A stretch of 64,000 nt of DNA, from the sequence record MW812339.1. The stretch is one strand, 5' to 3'. The notes under the pieces are model-generated. The model worked only from the letters and a program-made list of their open reading frames with translations, was not told where the DNA came from and made no database searches. Each line of letters begins with the position of its first letter. Position 1 is the first letter of the stretch. This document shows, piece after piece, positions 7,822 to 15,411 of this stretch. Made by a program: the position numbers and the translations under genes.

Positions 7822-8358
7822 TTAAGCTGCTTTGGCCTTGTGTGTCTTAGAAAGATACCGTGCCGGGTTTTGGCGAATATCCACAATTGTGGAGTGGTGC
7901 ACGCCGTACTTCTCACCAACAGAACGAACCGTGCCATGTTCATTCTCTAATATCTCTCGGACATCAGAACCAGAGAGCTTGATATTTCTCGAACCATCCG
8001 GTGGGACAAACAACCCTTCTTCTATCGCGTGGATAGTATTCTCACGATGCGTTACCCATTCCAGATTGACTGCCCTAGGGTCAGTCTTCTTTCCGTTTTT
8101 GTGGTTTACACACGGTTTGTTTTCTGGATTAGGCACAAAGGCAGTGGCCACTTGGATGTGCGTTTTGAGAACGACGTTTGTTCCTTTTCTTCCACCGACC
8201 TTGGAGATGTGCCCAGGATACCCATTGATTAAGTTCTGACGCACAGGTCTGTTGCTGCGTTTTGAGAACATAACACCATCTTCATTAACTAGAAAATGGT
8301 CTGGGCAACTCACACAGTCTTTCCACTCGCCGGCTGGAAGGTTTAACTCTTTACTCAT
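7822..8358 (-). CDS. Free-standing HNH homing endonuclease (NUMOD4-like N-terminus, HNH_3-type core)
   Basis: VNHKNGKKTDPRAVNLEWVTHRENTIHA matches the HNH_3 pattern; C-terminal HTH-like segment. Confidence 0.9.
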   Translation of the reverse strand: MSKELNLPAGEWKDCVSCPDHFLVNEDGVMFSKRSNRPVRQNLINGYPGHISKVGGRKGTNVVLKTHIQVATAFVPNPENKPCVNHKNGKKTDPRAVNLEWVTHRENTIHAIEEGLFVPPDGSRNIKLSGSDVREILENEHGTVRSVGEKYGVHHSTIVDIRQNPARYLSKTHKAKAA

Positions 8359-8384
8359 TGTAACCTCTCAAACAGATTAGATTA

Positions 8385-8404
8385 TCACGTAGATAATATC
8401 TATC
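8385..8404 (-). promoter_or_regulatory. Putative early phage promoter motif upstream of HNH
   Basis: GATAGATATTATCTACGTGA, identical core to the 5897 copy. Confidence 0.7.
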
Positions 8405-8421
8405 CGAGATTTAATAGGTAT

Positions 8422-8504
8422 TGGGGAAGGGTGGATTTGAACCACCGAAGGCCGAAGCCGACAGATTTACAGTCTGTTCCATTTAACCGCTCTGGAACTT
8501 CCCC
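8422..8504 (-). tRNA. trnY: tRNA-Tyr(GUA)
   Basis: GGGGAAG/CTTCCCC acceptor, loop CTGTAAA, long variable arm with UUCG loop, T loop TTCAAAT. Confidence 0.95.
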
Positions 8505-8510
8505 TGAAAG

Positions 8511-9230
8511 GGTGCCGGTGCATCCCAGCTTACGTTCGGCGCTTTCAGCTCCCTCGGGCTTATTAGCAATGAACACTTACCGGGCGCACCGACATATACC
8601 ACAGTAACCTCGTTGGAAGTCACTCTGGTATTGCTCGTTGCATACTACTGTGTTTACACGTAAATGATTTAGCGAGTGCCTATTAATTATATTAATTAAC
8701 CTAAATTAAGAATGAGGGTGATGGACTTCTTCTTCTGAGCCAGGGTATCCCCCGGTCTTAGCGTCTCCAAGCACCACCCTCTTTCACATTACGCATTGGT
8801 AGCTCTCTTGACTACCGGTGGCCGTTGCCACCCTAACACTGGGAACCTAATCCCATTCGGTCATCAGATTGTAGTTTACAGGCGTAGCGAGTCGGCTTAA
8901 TGGGCCGGTGCTTGCCTGTCCGATTTGGACGGTTGTCGTGGTGACGCTAGTCTGTAATCGGGTCCCTTGCGGGTAAACCCATCGCCTGTAACTCGAACGT
9001 GACTAAATACCCAGAACCGCCAACCAGCGAAGAGCTGGCTAATGAGTCTGAATATTTCACGCATAATCATCTCTCGTATCGAATGAGGTCATGACCGGTC
9101 AGATACCCAGCAACGTGAACGCCCTGGTCTTTTGTGTATCTGGCTGCTACGGATTTAGGGGTGCACCGTAGGTCTACGCTGCGTTACAACTGCTACCGGC
9201 CCATGTGGGACATCAACCCACACAGCAATC
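8511..9230 (-). ncRNA. Run of structured ncRNA candidates upstream of tRNA-Tyr
   Basis: Units 8511-8590, 8596-8631, 8714-8781, 8807-8856, 8876-8991 (GCAA tetraloop), 9093-9174; mismatches on plus strand become G-U pairs on minus strand. Confidence 0.5.
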
Positions 9231-9292
9231 AGAAGGTTCACCAAAAGCCCGTCAATCCCAACCACAGGACCACCGGTTACAACAAAGAGGGT

Positions 9293-9310
9293 GGTGGGCC
9301 GAAGCCCACC
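9293..9310 (-). terminator. UUCG hairpin after small ORF (terminator or processing stem)
   Basis: GGTGGGC-TTCG-GCCCACC; U-tract weak. Confidence 0.5.
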
Positions 9311-9312
9311 GT

Positions 9313-9555
9313 TTAGCCAGCATTGAACGATTCATGAACGACGGTCCCAGCAGGAAAGTGCGTGGTACCAACCAGAGTGGCGGTCAGGGTTAACCCTTCA
9401 TCCCAGCGCTCTTGTGGTTCCCATCGGCAGTCCTTCCAATGACCACGGTCGGGCGGAATTGCACACGCAGCTTGCTCCGAGGGAGCCGCCACGATTATGG
9501 AATCAAATTCGTCATACCCGATATCGTCAGTTCGTTCTAGCAGATACAGATTCAT
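9313..9555 (-). CDS. Hypothetical protein, 80 aa
   Basis: GGAG SD before ATG 9555 (MNLYLLERTDDIGYDEFD). Confidence 0.7.
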   Translation of the reverse strand: MNLYLLERTDDIGYDEFDSIIVAAPSEQAACAIPPDRGHWKDCRWEPQERWDEGLTLTATLVGTTHFPAGTVVHESFNAG

Positions 9556-9619
9556 GATGTTCTCCAACAGTTGACAAATCTGTGTCTTCTGTGTTGAACG
9601 TGAACCTGTTGGCCAAATG

Positions 9620-9695
9620 TGGCAGGGGCACAAGGATTCGAACCTTGGACACCCGGTTTTGGAGACCGGTGCTCTGCCAGCTGAGCTATGCCCCT
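9620..9695 (-). tRNA. trnW: tRNA-Trp(CCA), CCA end encoded
   Basis: Canonical cloverleaf AGGGGCA/TGCCCCT, loop CTCCAAA, GCCA end. Confidence 0.97.
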
Positions 9696-9704
9696 AAAAA
9701 TCTT

Positions 9705-10244
9705 TTACTGGTCCAGGTAGCGGAACAGTTTTCTTCGTGATGGGTCTTCAGGTTGTAACCCGAGGTCAAGTTCCTGAATCTCACCACCGCTGTTGATATC
9801 GTAACGGATTGCGACTTTCACCGCATCCGTAGCAGAGACACCTGCAGCCATTGCACCGATGGCGAATTCGCAACCGCTGCCGACTGCCATAGGCGGTTCG
9901 ACTTTCGCAATCCATGGAACGGCTTTCTCGACTTCCTGGCCACCTGTGTAAACTTCACCATCAACGGTGATAACCAGGTAAGACATCGAGATACCTTCCG
10001 GCCAACGAGTGTGGGCTGCAAGGCCCATTGTGTCGCCGTGACCGGCCAGAACATTGCGCAGAATCTGTTGGGATTCGATACCGCCAGCAACGCCAAACGC
10101 GATTGCTTGCTTGCCATCAACGAACCAGGTCTCGCCTTCCGGACACTTGAAGATTTTCTCAGTGCGGAGGTCGAGGCGATACTGCGCTTGAGTCATCTGG
10201 CTGTCAGATGCCAGAGATACACCGTCAAAAGCAATCGTGGTCAT
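9705..10244 (-). CDS. HslV/proteasome-beta-like Ntn hydrolase (putative threonine peptidase)
   Basis: N-terminal MTTIAFDG..LASDSQ, K near residue 30, and AVGSGCEFAIGAM (GSG motif). Confidence 0.75.
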   Translation of the reverse strand: MTTIAFDGVSLASDSQMTQAQYRLDLRTEKIFKCPEGETWFVDGKQAIAFGVAGGIESQQILRNVLAGHGDTMGLAAHTRWPEGISMSYLVITVDGEVYTGGQEVEKAVPWIAKVEPPMAVGSGCEFAIGAMAAGVSATDAVKVAIRYDINSGGEIQELDLGLQPEDPSRRKLFRYLDQ

Positions 10245-10411
10245 TTGGCGTCTCCGAATACGTTCGGGTCAACGTCGCTACCCTGGTTTGTTGCCTGGGC
10301 GGCTGTAACCTGTTGGTCATGCTCCTCGATAACACTGGCCAATGCGCCTTGGGCTTTGGCTGTGCGGTAATCGAGTTCGGTGCGTTTGCGTTGTTCTTGT
10401 TCTGGTGTCAT
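10241..10411 (-). CDS. Small hypothetical protein, 56 aa (below ORF-track cutoff)
   Basis: GGAG SD, MTPEQEQRKRTELDY...; stop overlaps start of HslV-like gene. Confidence 0.65.
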   Translation of the reverse strand: MTPEQEQRKRTELDYRTAKAQGALASVIEEHDQQVTAAQATNQGSDVDPNVFGDAK

Positions 10412-10448
10412 TTCGAATTCTCCGTTGGGTTTATCACATACCCAACGG

Positions 10449-10763
10449 CTAACCCGTAAATTTTACCGGTTCACCGTAGCGAACGTAGCGCTGGATAGCC
10501 AGCGTCAGTAATCCAGGAATGGCATCGACGGCTTCGCAACCAGGCAGAACGCGGTTCGCTTCGCAAAGCAGGTAACCGTACTTCGGCTTGAGTTTAATCG
10601 CACAGCCTACCGCAGAGAGTGCAGGCATGGTCGAGAATTCGATGGCTTCGGCGTGAACCTCCAGCCAAGACAACACCCCAGTTGGGTCCTGCAAGTTCGA
10701 GCCTCCGAGGAGAACTCGCATATCTTCAACGGTCTTAACACCGATAAGATTGAATTCTGACAT
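10449..10763 (-). CDS. Hypothetical protein, about 104 aa
   Basis: GGGAG SD before ATG 10763. Confidence 0.65.
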   Translation of the reverse strand: MSEFNLIGVKTVEDMRVLLGGSNLQDPTGVLSWLEVHAEAIEFSTMPALSAVGCAIKLKPKYGYLLCEANRVLPGCEAVDAIPGLLTLAIQRYVRYGEPVKFTG

Positions 10764-10805
10764 AACAAACACTCCCGTGATTGAATTTGGTTTCAGCCAG
10801 GTGCT

Positions 10806-11670
10806 AACGCTTCACAGTGTGGGCACCCACCCCTCTCGTCTTCCCGAGCCGCCAAGATAAACCAGATCACCTCCAGTTGGAGTCTCCCCCAAGCTTGCGG
10901 TTAGCAACACACAAGCCACGCTCCGACGCAACGCCGAATTCGTTTTGATTTTGGCCACACCCACAGAGCGGATCGCTGCACGACTGACCCGGAGGTAAGT
11001 TCAACGGCGTCGTACTCCCCGCTCTGGGGCTGCCACGGCTAACTCAGTATCCGCGTAAGCCGCCTTCCCGCAGGTTGGGCGACAATGCCGCGAGTAAACC
11101 CACAGCTGCAACTGAGTACCTGAATGGGTGGTGAAGCGTTGGAATCCCCGCCTACGCTCACCGGTTCTGTTTCCACGGCGAAGTTTCTCAGAACATACTA
11201 AACAAAAATCAAGTGTTAGATTGAATTTTCGTTTTATCGAAGGCACCCACGGTAGGTACTCTCGAAAAAACGTCCTGGGCAATCAACCCAGGACTGGAGC
11301 CCCGACATGCAGGGTTTAAAAAAGCGATTGTCCATGGCGCGGTCAATCAGCTATTCGCATAATACAACACACTCGTGTAAAAAAATTCCCGGCCGAGGAA
11401 CCATGTCTAAATCCCAAGGCCGGGGAGTACACACAGCAGTCGCCCCTCAGGTGGGGGCTTGGTGGAATTACAGGAGTCTGTCGTGGAATAAAATTACCTC
11501 CCAGGCTCTGGTCGACTTGTCAGAGTTCCGAACCTGGGAGGTGACCACCGAATCTACGGCATGTGGACATCGGAGGGTGGTCTGAACACACGATAACCCA
11601 ACCACGTAAAAAATCCGCATAACTCGACTCCACCCTCGGGCTGATCCCGATCGCCTGGCGCACACTCGTA
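10806..11670 (-). ncRNA. Large structured non-coding RNA candidate(s)
   Basis: Nested long-range helices in 10806-11140 plus many 7-10 bp hairpins in 11270-11650; no ORF with SD. Confidence 0.5.
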
Positions 11671-11689
11671 ATAAGGATCACGCGCGTTT

Positions 11690-11816
11690 TAATATACTAC
11701 TACGTAGTAGTATAATTATAATATATTTAATTATATCCCTACGGGATATATATTTAATTATATTATTTATATTCTTTTAAAAGATCCTGTAGGAAACACA
11801 TACGCGTACGTACGCG
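11690..11816. other. AT-rich palindrome/direct-repeat cluster (origin, pac or strong promoter candidate)
   Basis: 22-bp perfect palindrome 11693-11714, 16-bp direct repeat 11721-36/11748-63, palindromes 11773-84 and 11803-16. Confidence 0.5.
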
Positions 11817-12437
11817 GTAATGAAGGGATTTTCAATCCCGTTAAGATCAGGATCAAAACCTACCCCGCCGAAGGGCGGGTAAGTCTCTGTTTTAAAAAAG
11901 AATTTTTGATTTTTTGAAGTGTATATCCCCTGGAGGGGGATACTTGAGAAGTTTAACCCCCAGAACAGACCTCGTAAGTATCCGACAGAGAGTGTCGGAT
12001 ACAAAACGATCCAGTTTAATCCCCCTAAGTGGCACGTAGTGCTACCCAACGTACGATCGTCGCGTCGGTCAGCGAAGCGGCTTGGCGATGGTGCTCAGGC
12101 TTCGTCAGCGGCTCGCTGTTGCGATGAACGGGGGCGGGGAACCCACATGTACCAGGTCGATAGTAAATCGATTCAGAATCGTTTCTGTGACGTTTTTAAT
12201 GATTGGTTAAAAAATAAACAACCCGCACCCCTCCAGGGTGGAGGTATCTCGCCTCGTTGAAAATAAATTCCTCAGATTCACCTCCCAACCCCCTCAAATT
12301 CGCACGTAAACAACCCCACACGCTTTTCAAATCCCAAAAACGCCCTACCCTACTTGAGTAGTAACCCGCACCCTTCTGTCGGTTCCTAGGCCCCTTAAAT
12401 TTGCTGGTTAAAAAATATACAAAAAACAAAAAAAAGA

Positions 12438-12457
12438 TAGGGGACCGAAGTCCCCTA
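12438..12457 (-). terminator. Rho-independent terminator
   Basis: TAGGGGAC-TTCG-GTCCCCTA followed by U-run on minus strand. Confidence 0.85.
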
Positions 12458-12468
12458 CTGTTCAGTTA

Positions 12469-13068
12469 TCACATCACACGGTAGACACAACCGACATGAC
12501 GGTAACCGCGTTTTCTCGCCAGTTCTCGATACTCATCAGTCAGCATTGAAGAGGTGACAGAGACATACGCAGTGTCCTCCTGCTCAGCTTCTGGATAATT
12601 TGATTCTCGGTTGACGACATTGGGAAGAAAGGCAGGTTGTTCGACATGTGAATAGAGCGCGGCCATGAGATTGCAGCTTGCTTGCTCTAAACCCTTCACT
12701 GGAACTTCCCAGATATCAGCGATTAATTGACCGTTGGAAACAGTAATCTCCGGACGGACAAAATAATCGTAACGGTTTACTTTGTCCAACTTCGCGATTC
12801 GCTTAACAGCGGTATTGATGTCGGCCTGTGTCAGTGTTTCGTGGAATAGGTTGAAGCGAAGTGTAGTCTGTCTGAAACCGCCGCGAATTGCCGTGTGAAT
12901 AAATATTGGATTACGGCCGTTTTTATCTTTGGTTTCGACAATGAAGATACGGTCTTCTGAACCACGTATTAGACTCAGTAGGTTCTCTTCGTAGTGATTC
13001 CAGTTTGCTGCTTTTTCGATGCGGTGATTGCGAATGAGTTCAACTCCACCAATTGCAAAACGTAACAT
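12469..13068 (-). CDS. Hypothetical protein, about 199 aa (paralog of next gene)
   Basis: AAGGAG SD before ATG 13068; shares KAANW motif with 13095..13625. Confidence 0.7.
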   Translation of the reverse strand: MLRFAIGGVELIRNHRIEKAANWNHYEENLLSLIRGSEDRIFIVETKDKNGRNPIFIHTAIRGGFRQTTLRFNLFHETLTQADINTAVKRIAKLDKVNRYDYFVRPEITVSNGQLIADIWEVPVKGLEQASCNLMAALYSHVEQPAFLPNVVNRESNYPEAEQEDTAYVSVTSSMLTDEYRELARKRGYRHVGCVYRVM

Positions 13069-13094
13069 GCTAATGCTCCTTAAGATTGTGAAAC

Positions 13095-13625
13095 TTAGAA
13101 AGTGTAAACTTGATTGCCGATGGTAAAACCGAAACCACGAAGTTCTTTGTAGTTCTGGGTAGTGAACGCGCCTGCGATTTCCATATTGACGATTGTCCCC
13201 GGTTTCGCTTCGTCCCGCCACTTGATGTACAGGTCAGCATCCAGCGGTGCGAACATGCGAATGGTGTCGTCTGTAACTGCGTCGGTGATGTTTATCATCA
13301 GGCTCTTGAAACGCAGCTCAGGCAACAGAATAAGTTCCTGGAACTTGGTCAGTATCAGCACGGTATCGAGCAACCCCATGCCATTCAGAATTTCCTGCAG
13401 CCCTCTGATTGAGATAATCGTCAGGACATCCTCAGCGTAAAGGTACGTGGTGTTATCGACGGTGCTAATCTGAAAGATGAAATAGACCCCGTCTTTTTTC
13501 TCCCAGGTGATGTAGCAGTTGCTCCCATGAACATTAGAACGTTCGATAGTTTTCCAGTTAGCAGCCTTCTGTACATCCAGGCCACAGTTAGTTAATTCTT
13601 GAAAGTTTTTGTGCAGTTTGAACAT
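13095..13625 (-). CDS. Hypothetical protein, 176 aa
   Basis: AAGGA SD; KAANW motif. Confidence 0.7.
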   Translation of the reverse strand: MFKLHKNFQELTNCGLDVQKAANWKTIERSNVHGSNCYITWEKKDGVYFIFQISTVDNTTYLYAEDVLTIISIRGLQEILNGMGLLDTVLILTKFQELILLPELRFKSLMINITDAVTDDTIRMFAPLDADLYIKWRDEAKPGTIVNMEIAGAFTTQNYKELRGFGFTIGNQVYTF

Positions 13626-13657
13626 GGTTAAGATTCCTTAAGAATTTAAAAGTAGGT

Positions 13658-13685
13658 AGGCGTACTCCCCGAAGAGAGTACGCCT
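13658..13685 (-). terminator. Rho-independent terminator
   Basis: AGGCGTACTC/GAGTACGCCT 10-bp stem. Confidence 0.7.
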
Positions 13686-13689
13686 TGGT

Positions 13690-14199
13690 TTAGCACTTAA
13701 TCGTTACACCATCGATCCCCAGATGTACGGGTTTAACCCATAGCCCTGGCTCCCCAAAGATATTCAGGTCGTAAGTCTGATAGTACATGATTTTAGGCGG
13801 CACATGCACACCCATTCTTTGCAAGAACTCCCAAACGGCGGTATAGCGTTCGCGGGTGATAAACAGCAAACCCGAATCGAACCCTGACCCGATGTCCAGG
13901 AAATTGCCAAGAGTGTTGTCAAAACTTGACACGCCGTCTTGGGTAAGCGCCACCAACCCCTTGGTAAGATCGTGGTGGTTCTCGATGAACTCACACAAAT
14001 CCACCACGGTGAACTGGCCGAAAATGCGACGAAGGACGGCTGCGACCGCCAGGATTTCGCTGGTATTTCCGTAGTCACCTAATGGGTTATGGTCGACCAT
14101 TGCTGTAATTATGCTTGTGTCACACAGCTCCATCAAGCGGGCATCCTGGCACACTACTTGAAGTCTCTGTCCTACATGCATGGTTGGCGCAGTAAACAT
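13690..14199 (-). CDS. Hypothetical protein, about 169 aa
   Basis: GGAG SD before ATG 14199. Confidence 0.7.
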   Translation of the reverse strand: MFTAPTMHVGQRLQVVCQDARLMELCDTSIITAMVDHNPLGDYGNTSEILAVAAVLRRIFGQFTVVDLCEFIENHHDLTKGLVALTQDGVSSFDNTLGNFLDIGSGFDSGLLFITRERYTAVWEFLQRMGVHVPPKIMYYQTYDLNIFGEPGLWVKPVHLGIDGVTIKC

Positions 14200-14209
14200 A
14201 GGAGGCTCC

Positions 14210-15340
14210 TTAAGTTTCCACTGACTGTGAAGTTGAGTTGGCATAGTGAAGCCCAATGCGTTGTAAGCTCATGCCCGTCGCATAGAAGATTTGATCGCTT
14301 ATGCAAGTAACCAATGCGTCTGGGTCAATAGCGTCCACCGCGAAGTCGGACTCAAAATGCCAGTTCTCTATGGCTCCACCCTTTTCAAAGGTCGCGGCAT
14401 ACATACCGGGTTTAACACCCTGCCTAAACGAAAAGAGCTTCGCATCAGACTCGCCGTCCTCCCCATAAATTTCCCCGTCCACACGTTTAATGGCAGCACG
14501 TTTGCAGCGTGTCACTGTGAGTAGTGCACGACTAACGGACGCTTGCGATTTAAACGGATAGGGGCCATCGTATGATGGGACGGTCGACTCGCCCATAGAG
14601 TCCAGGGCAATACTTCGGTAAACAACCGGAGATTTAAAGTTGCACAGTCGATTCCCTTCTGTATACATTGTATATTCCACCTTAACGGTTGTCCCGATAA
14701 GGTCTGCAGGTCGCACACCGTAATGCGCTAGTTGGGCCTGCACTCGGCGGGAAAGCATCGATGCCAGGAACGTTTGGTCTGCCTGTGTGCGCAGGACATA
14801 ACCATACTCTGTACAGTCGATAACGGTCGCGTCCATACGCCTAACCGGTTCCAGCCGATAAGTGGTATCCCCAGCTTCGATAAGAAACTGGCTAATACCG
14901 CGGTCACGGGATTTTTGTTTGATAGCTTCAAACACGTCACCCGCTTTTAACAAGGCCGGTTCTATCACATTCACCTGGAACGGCAATGGCTTCGTTGGAA
15001 GCTGCCCCATAGTGGTGACAGTGATGGACCGTAACCTTGAATCATCTTCGGTGGGCTCGTTCGATAACCAGTGCGTTAACCACCGAGATAAGTTTTGAGG
15101 TATTGTTGCGGTTGAGAAAAGAATCACGGTTCCCATTATTCCTGCATCGGCTAATAGCCGCGCCAGTACCGTGTTCATCGAATCGTACTTTCCGTTTCGC
15201 AGGATAGGCATCCCGCTGACCGTGACCATCTCGCAGATGACGCCATGGGGCAACACCCACATCTTAACTTGTTGGTCGTTCTTCACTACGCCACTGCGTA
15301 AGTGGTTCTGCCAAACTATCTTACGTTCATAATTCATCAT
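14210..15340 (-). CDS. Conserved protein with degenerate ATP-dependent DNA ligase-like motifs
   Basis: AAGGAG SD before ATG 15340; motif order LPHGV..LRNGK..RMDATVID..LIGTTVKVEY..SPVVYR parallels ligase NTase+OB domains, without the KxDG lysine. Confidence 0.45.
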   Translation of the reverse strand: MMNYERKIVWQNHLRSGVVKNDQQVKMWVLPHGVICEMVTVSGMPILRNGKYDSMNTVLARLLADAGIMGTVILFSTATIPQNLSRWLTHWLSNEPTEDDSRLRSITVTTMGQLPTKPLPFQVNVIEPALLKAGDVFEAIKQKSRDRGISQFLIEAGDTTYRLEPVRRMDATVIDCTEYGYVLRTQADQTFLASMLSRRVQAQLAHYGVRPADLIGTTVKVEYTMYTEGNRLCNFKSPVVYRSIALDSMGESTVPSYDGPYPFKSQASVSRALLTVTRCKRAAIKRVDGEIYGEDGESDAKLFSFRQGVKPGMYAATFEKGGAIENWHFESDFAVDAIDPDALVTCISDQIFYATGMSLQRIGLHYANSTSQSVET

Positions 15341-15373
15341 GGGTAAAATCTCCTTTAGGTATACGCTCATTAT

Positions 15374-15388
15374 GATAACATCTATCTG
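15374..15388 (-). promoter_or_regulatory. Variant of the putative early promoter motif (CAGATAGATGTTATC)
   Basis: One mismatch to the core; upstream of 14210..15340. Confidence 0.55.
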
Positions 15389-15411
15389 TAAATTATTAGA
15401 GGTTCACCGCC

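Noticed and set aside
7666-8420. Group I intron enclosing the HNH gene
   Set aside because: No recognisable P7 (R/S) consensus and no interrupted host gene or tRNA halves on either side
8897-9070. 57-aa ORF (MIMREIFRLISQLFAGW...) on minus strand with weak GAGAG SD
   Set aside because: Runs through the 8876-8991 structured unit; cannot decide without ribosome profiling, so not listed as a CDS
6642-9230. CRISPR array or repeat-spacer array
   Set aside because: Units do not share a repeated sequence; only structure and size recur
10806-11670. tmRNA or RNase P RNA
   Set aside because: No tRNA-Ala-like ends with tag ORF, and no GAGGAAAGUC/P4 signature; kept as an unclassified ncRNA candidate
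11001-12429. Short ORFs called by the track in the intergenic region
   Set aside because: No SD, occur on both strands, low-complexity translations; region is better explained as structured or regulatory DNA
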